A DNA stretch of 29,101 nt. Source: a virus. Lineage: Duplodnaviria; Caudoviricetes. The stretch spans positions 1 through 29,101 of the IMG/VR virus record IMGVR_UViG_3300016643_000068; one strand, given 5' to 3'. A model generated the notes under the pieces. It was not told the origin of the DNA. It saw nothing but the letters and a program-made list of their open reading frames with translations, and did no database searches. Shown one piece after another: positions 24,331-29,101 of this stretch; the stretch's first letter is position 1, and the number at the start of each line of letters is the position of its first letter. Made by a program: the position numbers and the translations under genes.

Positions 24331-25224
24331 TCAACGCTTGGGGCCAACCCAGAAGCGCCGACGGACGATCCGTGGCGACTGGTGCTCCCCGCTCCAGATG
24401 TCGAACGACCGCCGATCGACCACGAGATCCGTCGCCGGGTTAGCCGGGAAGGTCACCGCCGACACCTCGTGAAGTTCCACGTCCTCAATGATCCGGTGCA
24501 CCTTGCCGTCGCGCTCCTCGAAGCGATCGCCCTTCACGATGAAGCCGAACGACATCGCCGAGACCACGCCCGAGCGCACCGCGATACGCGCATCGCGCCC
24601 CGCCTGGGTGTCGATGGGTTCAAGCTCGACGAGCAGCCCGCGCTCGTCCTCGATGAGCCGCAGGCTGCCAGCCGTCGTGCGGCCGATCGGCAGGCTCGCG
24701 TCGTGGTTCCAGAGGGCCACCACATCGGGCTTCTCGCGCAGCGTCCGCTCGAATGCGCCGCGAGCGATGATCTCCTGCCCGTATCCGATGGGATACGCCG
24801 TCTCGGTCACGCTCGCGTAGCCGCGCAGCACCTCGCGCCCCGCCTCGACCTCGGCCCGTGCTTCCAGACGCTCGCCATATCGACGCTCCATCGTGACCTC
24901 CTGCGCCCTATCGAGGCGCTCGAGAATGCTCTCGGCGAACGAGCGACCGGGATCTCCACCCCAGAGCGCCCACGCGATCCGGCCGGCGGACGGGAATCCC
25001 GGCTCGCCCGGCCCCCACCCTTGGCCCTGCTTGTCCACCTCGTGCCGGGCGAAGTAGGAAGCCATGCGGCGCACCGTGTCCTCGGACAGAGCCCGCCCGT
25101 TGGCGATATCACGCGCTCGAGCGACCCCGACCTCGGTGCCGCCCCGGCCATGCTCACGCCGCCAGGCGAGCCCACGCTCGGCCTCCTCGCGCATCGCCTT
25201 CGTGGGCTCGAAGGAGTCAGCCAC
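24331..25224 (-). CDS. HK97-family prohead protease with ~110-aa extra N-terminal domain
   Basis: LRGYASV, GAF, LWNHD, GRT, MSFGF and LHEVSAVTFPA. Confidence 0.9.
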   Translation of the reverse strand: MADSFEPTKAMREEAERGLAWRREHGRGGTEVGVARARDIANGRALSEDTVRRMASYFARHEVDKQGQGWGPGEPGFPSAGRIAWALWGGDPGRSFAESILERLDRAQEVTMERRYGERLEARAEVEAGREVLRGYASVTETAYPIGYGQEIIARGAFERTLREKPDVVALWNHDASLPIGRTTAGSLRLIEDERGLLVELEPIDTQAGRDARIAVRSGVVSAMSFGFIVKGDRFEERDGKVHRIIEDVELHEVSAVTFPANPATDLVVDRRSFDIWSGEHQSPRIVRRRFWVGPKR

Positions 25225-26956
25225 CCGAGCCCTCCTTGCACATCGCGATCGCGATCGCCACGGCCTGCTCCTGCGGGTAGCCCTCGTCGAGCAGTTTCGG
25301 GATCTTCGTCTCGACGCACTTCTGGGTCGCCTCGTCTAGATCCGCGTACCGCTCGGCCTTGCGTGCGAAACGCCCCTTGGAATCTCGAGCGGCCGGAGCA
25401 GTCGCGGGAGCCAGCGCCGGCACGGCCGCAGGCGTGATCGGACCAAACATCTCCTCGATGGTCGAAGCCGCGATCGCCGGGAATGCAGCCTTCGCGATAG
25501 CGATAGCGGTATCCTTCGGCAGTTCCCCGGTCTGCACCTTGGCGGCCAGATCGACGAGCGAGGCCACCTGTGCCCCGTTGAGAGCAGTATCGGCTACTGG
25601 CTCGCCGGAAGCGACGGCCTCAATAGCATCAGTCGGTTCTTCGGAATCATCGACCAAAGCGAGCGGTGCGGCCTCGACTGATGCGCCTGTGATCGGCGAG
25701 ACATCGCCAGACTTCCCGACGTTCGGATCGACGATCGCCAGATTCACGGGCGCGCGTGCCACATCGCCGCCATCGATCGGCGCGTAGTTCTCGCGCTCGC
25801 GCACTTCGTTGATCGTGAGGAAGCCATTGTTGAGCGCCGTCGAGTACGCCGCGAAACGCGACGAGAGATCGCCACGCAGCAGCGCGTCGAAAGAGATATG
25901 CGTCTCGATCGGCTCGCCGGAGCGCACGAGCTTGCGCGCGCACTCCTCCTCGAAGCGGCTCGCCCAGTTCGAGAGGCAATGCTTCACGAACTCGGCATCG
26001 GCCTGCTCGGCGCTCGCGTATGAGGTCTTCGTCGCGTCGCCGACCATATGCACCGGGACATTGAACGCGGCCGCGATCTGCGATCGGCAGAAGGAGCGCA
26101 ACTCGACGAGTTTTGCCTCCTCGGGATTCACGCTCACGCTCTCCCACGAGTAGCCGCTCTCGAGGATCGCCACGCGGCCGGCGTTCTCCGCGCCGCCCGT
26201 GATCGCCTGCCACGACTGCCGCAGACGCTTCAGAGCCTCCTCGGTGATCGTGCCCGCGACCTTGATGATCCCGGCCGGCCGTGCGCCGTTGCGGAAGAAC
26301 GAAGCGACGAACTTCTCGGCCTCGAGTTCCACGCCGATGATGTTCCGCACGAGATAGATCGGGGTCTCGCCGAGGAGACCGTCGAGGCTAGGCGCGCGCA
26401 GGTGGAAGATGTCGTAGCCCTGGTAGACCTCGCCGCTCGTGCGGCGATCCCAGCGCGCCGAGTTGTAGGTGTAGACGGGCATCCCGTCGGCACCACGCGA
26501 GACCTCGACGCTGTCGGCGCGCAACTTGTGCAGGCCGACCACGCGGCCGGAAGCGTCGCGCTCGATCACGCTATAAGCGTTCCCGTAGAGGAGGCAGTCG
26601 AGCAGCATCGACTCGCGCCAGACGAGCGCGCCCATGTAGTCGTTCGGCTCGACATTCAGGAGCCGATACAGCGGATGCTCTCGCGCCGGCACCGGGATTC
26701 CGCCCTCGCGGCGCATGACGCGCCACTCCATGCGAGCCACCGACTGCGAGATCAGCCGCGTGCAGGCGTAGACCGTCGGAGCCTCCCTCGCGGCCTCCGG
26801 CGTGATCGAGCGCCCCGTATCGGCATAGGACGAGATGTACGCCTGCGCCCCGCCCGGCGGCTGGCCGATCGGCGTGCGATCAACGACAGCGCGCTCCTCC
26901 ATCACGGGAGCGTCTGCGGGCTGCGGCTGTCGGCGAAACCAGTCAGTCAGAGCCAT
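25217..26956 (-). CDS. HK97-family portal protein with ~170-aa C-terminal extension
   Basis: VYAC..LI, HPLYRLL..EPN, LLYGNAY, FFRNGARP.G, IAAAFNVP and TINEVRERE. Start reassigned to MALTDWF at 26956. Confidence 0.92.
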   Translation of the reverse strand: MALTDWFRRQPQPADAPVMEERAVVDRTPIGQPPGGAQAYISSYADTGRSITPEAAREAPTVYACTRLISQSVARMEWRVMRREGGIPVPAREHPLYRLLNVEPNDYMGALVWRESMLLDCLLYGNAYSVIERDASGRVVGLHKLRADSVEVSRGADGMPVYTYNSARWDRRTSGEVYQGYDIFHLRAPSLDGLLGETPIYLVRNIIGVELEAEKFVASFFRNGARPAGIIKVAGTITEEALKRLRQSWQAITGGAENAGRVAILESGYSWESVSVNPEEAKLVELRSFCRSQIAAAFNVPVHMVGDATKTSYASAEQADAEFVKHCLSNWASRFEEECARKLVRSGEPIETHISFDALLRGDLSSRFAAYSTALNNGFLTINEVRERENYAPIDGGDVARAPVNLAIVDPNVGKSGDVSPITGASVEAAPLALVDDSEEPTDAIEAVASGEPVADTALNGAQVASLVDLAAKVQTGELPKDTAIAIAKAAFPAIAASTIEEMFGPITPAAVPALAPATAPAARDSKGRFARKAERYADLDEATQKCVETKIPKLLDEGYPQEQAVAIAIAMCKEGSGG

Positions 26957-28614
26957 AGGATCCCTCGGTCGGCATAGGCGCTCGACTGTTGTACCGCCGG
27001 GGCCGCGTCGAGTGCCACCGCTAGGGCCACGATTCCGGCCACCACGGGGTCGATCTTCTCGGTGCTCCGGCGCTTGCTGGGCCTCGGGTTCGAGTTCGCG
27101 TCGAGTTCCACGACGCAGTTCGACATCGCCCAGGTGAGGATCGGGTTCCCGTCGTGCCGCAGCCGGCGGTTCGTTACCATCGCCTCCCACCGCTTCGTCG
27201 GCTCGGCCATGTAGTAGAACGACTGCGGCACGCGCTTGAGCGTGAGCCCGTCGTTCTCCAACTGCTGCGCGAGCCCGCTGGCGTTGTAGGGGTCATAGCC
27301 GATCGCTTGCACCTTGTTCTCGCCGACGAGCCGGAGCACCTCCTTGCGGACGAACTCGTAATCGGTCGCGTCGCCGGGAGTGAGCACGAGATGCCCCTGT
27401 CGGGACCAATCCAGATAAGGCACCTTGTCGCGCTTCTGCCGGCGCTGCGCCCCCTCCTCGGGCGCGTAGGCCCACGAGCGCACCCAGCACTCATCGCGAT
27501 CGACCCAGACCGCCGTGAGGGCCGTCAGGTCGCTCGTCTCGCCCAAGTCGATCCCGAGGTAACACGGCAGGCCGGCCAGACGGGAGAGATCGAACTCCTG
27601 CTTGCACGCATCCCAGTCGGCCATGCGCAGCCATCGGTTCGAGGCGCTGACGTGCTGACAGAGGTAGTAGGTGCGAAACGGGGTCTCCATCGAGGGCTGA
27701 TCCTGGGCCTCGCGGCATCGCTCCGCGTAGTAGCCCTCGTGCACCGTGTGCCCGAGGCTCGGCGCGCACTTGCGCCAGGTCTCCGGGCTCGTCCAGTCAT
27801 CGCCATCGTCGGCCGAGTAGATCACGGGCAGGAAGTACGGATTGTCGATCACCCGGTCGCAGACCTTCTTCGAGTAGTCGAACATCTCGTACTCGAGGCT
27901 CTCGCGCAGCGTGCCGGCCGTCGTGATCGTCACGAGCATCGGCTGTCGCCTCGCGCCGACGCTCGTCTCGATCGCCTCCCAGAGCTCGCGGCGGTTCTCC
28001 ATCGCGTGCACCTCGTCGAAGATCGCCGCGCTCGTGTTCAGGCCGTGCGCGCTCGGTGCTTCGCTCGACATCACCTTGTAGACCCCGGCCGTGGTCGGCA
28101 CGATGATCCGGTGCTGGTAGACCTCGGTGCGCCCCTCGAGCATGGGCTCGGCTCGCACCATGCGCTTCGCCGCCTCGAGGCATCGGCCCGCCTGAGCGCG
28201 ATCGTTCGCGATCGAGATCACCTCGGGCGTTGGCTCATCGTCGGCGAGCAGGTGGTACAGCGCGAGCGCCGCTCCCATCTCGGTCTTGCCGCACTTGCGC
28301 GGGATCAGGATGTGCACGCGCCGATAGCGCCGCGTCCCGTCCGGGCGCATCCACCCGTAGGCGTTCGCGATCACGGCCTTCTGCCACGGCAGCAGCACGA
28401 ACGGCTGCCCCGCCCAGGTGCTCGTCGTGAGCTTGCACGCGCTCTCGATGAAACGGATCACATGGAGCGCGGCCTTCTCGTCGAAGGTGCAGTTGCCGGC
28501 CGTCGCGATCGCGTCATAGCCGGGGATCGTGTTCCACTTGGCGGCCGGATGCTCGGTGGCCTTCTTGGCGCGAGGCTTACGCTCGGCGGGTGAAGATGTC
28601 TTCGACCTTGGCAT
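26947..28614 (-). CDS. terL: Terminase large subunit
   Basis: LLPWQ, IPRKCGKT (Walker A), IFDEVH (Walker B), ITTAG, LGIDL and KIDPVVA. Start placed at MPRSK (28614), which is uncertain. Confidence 0.95.
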   Translation of the reverse strand: MPRSKTSSPAERKPRAKKATEHPAAKWNTIPGYDAIATAGNCTFDEKAALHVIRFIESACKLTTSTWAGQPFVLLPWQKAVIANAYGWMRPDGTRRYRRVHILIPRKCGKTEMGAALALYHLLADDEPTPEVISIANDRAQAGRCLEAAKRMVRAEPMLEGRTEVYQHRIIVPTTAGVYKVMSSEAPSAHGLNTSAAIFDEVHAMENRRELWEAIETSVGARRQPMLVTITTAGTLRESLEYEMFDYSKKVCDRVIDNPYFLPVIYSADDGDDWTSPETWRKCAPSLGHTVHEGYYAERCREAQDQPSMETPFRTYYLCQHVSASNRWLRMADWDACKQEFDLSRLAGLPCYLGIDLGETSDLTALTAVWVDRDECWVRSWAYAPEEGAQRRQKRDKVPYLDWSRQGHLVLTPGDATDYEFVRKEVLRLVGENKVQAIGYDPYNASGLAQQLENDGLTLKRVPQSFYYMAEPTKRWEAMVTNRRLRHDGNPILTWAMSNCVVELDANSNPRPSKRRSTEKIDPVVAGIVALAVALDAAPAVQQSSAYADRGILWL

Positions 28615-29047
28615 CCTTCGCGGCCTCCTTCGCCGCACCGACTCTCGCACGACCGACCGGGGTCATGCCGAACTCGCTCATCATGCGCCGCAGTCGATCG
28701 CCATGCTCGGCGAGTACCGCGCTCCACGGGTTGCGCTTGACGGTCACACGATCGCCGCCCTCGACGCGAATCACCTCGCCCTCCTCGAGCAGTCGAGCGC
28801 GCGCCACGAGATAGCGCGACCAGGTGTCGCACATGATCGCCAGCGCGTCGCGGTCGGCCGCGCTCATCACCTTCATGGCAGCGATGCGCGGGAGCCAGTC
28901 GTGCCACGCCGCGCGTGCGACATCGTCGAGCCACGCGGGACACTCTGGTAACGCCTCCTCGCGAGGCGGCTCGCCCTTCGATCGGGACGATGCGCGCCAC
29001 GATCCCGACAGTTTCAGCGCCGCCGCCGGCTTCGGGTTACGGCCCAT
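28577..29047 (-). CDS. terS: Terminase small subunit (P27 family)
   Basis: MGRNPKP..LK.L.G, P.WL...A..AW, NP, and EFGMTPVGRAR. GGAGGA upstream of the ATG at 29047. Confidence 0.9.
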   Translation of the reverse strand: MGRNPKPAAALKLSGSWRASSRSKGEPPREEALPECPAWLDDVARAAWHDWLPRIAAMKVMSAADRDALAIMCDTWSRYLVARARLLEEGEVIRVEGGDRVTVKRNPWSAVLAEHGDRLRRMMSEFGMTPVGRARVGAAKEAAKDAKVEDIFTRRA

Positions 29048-29101
29048 CGGTCCTCCATGCCCCGTTTTTGGCGAAATATCGGGGGTCTGCGTTCTTGCCA
29101 A
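29048..29101 (-). other. Non-coding end upstream of terS; probable right part of cos region
   Basis: Synteny HNH-cos-terS across the window junction. Confidence 0.45.

Noticed and set aside
26957-27190. N-terminal 78 aa of the 657-aa portal ORF
   Set aside because: It overlaps the terL 3' end; the start at 26956 with an upstream GAGGGA is more plausible. The same reasoning was used to trim ORFs 1198-1998, 2417-3112, 8485-8970, 9110-9508 and 10498-11097.
4258-28512. Cyanobacterial host inferred from HIP1 octamers
   Set aside because: The enrichment extends to TCGA words generally and no cyanophage marker genes are present, so the evidence is insufficient.
42-28951. All plus-strand ORFs in the track (e.g. 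3807-4760, 22089-23252, 27154-28593)
   Set aside because: They are antisense shadows of motif-bearing minus-strand genes in high-GC DNA, Arg/Ala-rich and without recognisable motifs.

Overview
The window looks like a complete or near-complete ~29.1 kb genome of a high-GC (roughly two-thirds by eye) HK97/lambda-type siphovirus. It appears to be opened between the HNH gene (left end) and the small terminase (right end), where a cos site is expected. Every credible gene is on the minus strand, and many are chained by ATGA/GTGA stop-start overlaps. From right to left, the packaging and head genes are terS, terL, a portal with a long C-terminal extension, a prohead protease with an extra N-terminal domain, and two tandem HK97-fold capsid paralogs. 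These are followed by head-tail joining genes, two tandem tail-tube paralogs, a chaperone pair with a GGGAAAC -1 frameshift, the tape measure, a minimal tail tip/fibre module, a lipoprotein plus a tiny membrane protein, and two Cys-rich proteins. After a promoter-like gap at ~11.2-11.35 kb comes an early/middle operon. It encodes an i-type (destabilase-like) lysozyme, an SSB-like protein, DUF6378, a Zn-ribbon, an HTH protein, a CsrA-like protein, YqaJ exonuclease and ERF. It continues with a ~460-nt hairpin-packed interval, a ParB-HTH-Zn finger protein, an SF2 helicase, RusA, a metallophosphoesterase, an HExxH protein, small membrane proteins and an HNH-P-loop fusion. I recognised no integrase, CI-like repressor, DNA polymerase, primase, tRNA or CRISPR array. 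The most notable signals are the doubled capsid and tail-tube genes, the Cys-rich late proteins, the structured interval before the ParB/helicase genes, and the unusual lysis gene set. All family calls come from motif recognition by eye, not from database searches.
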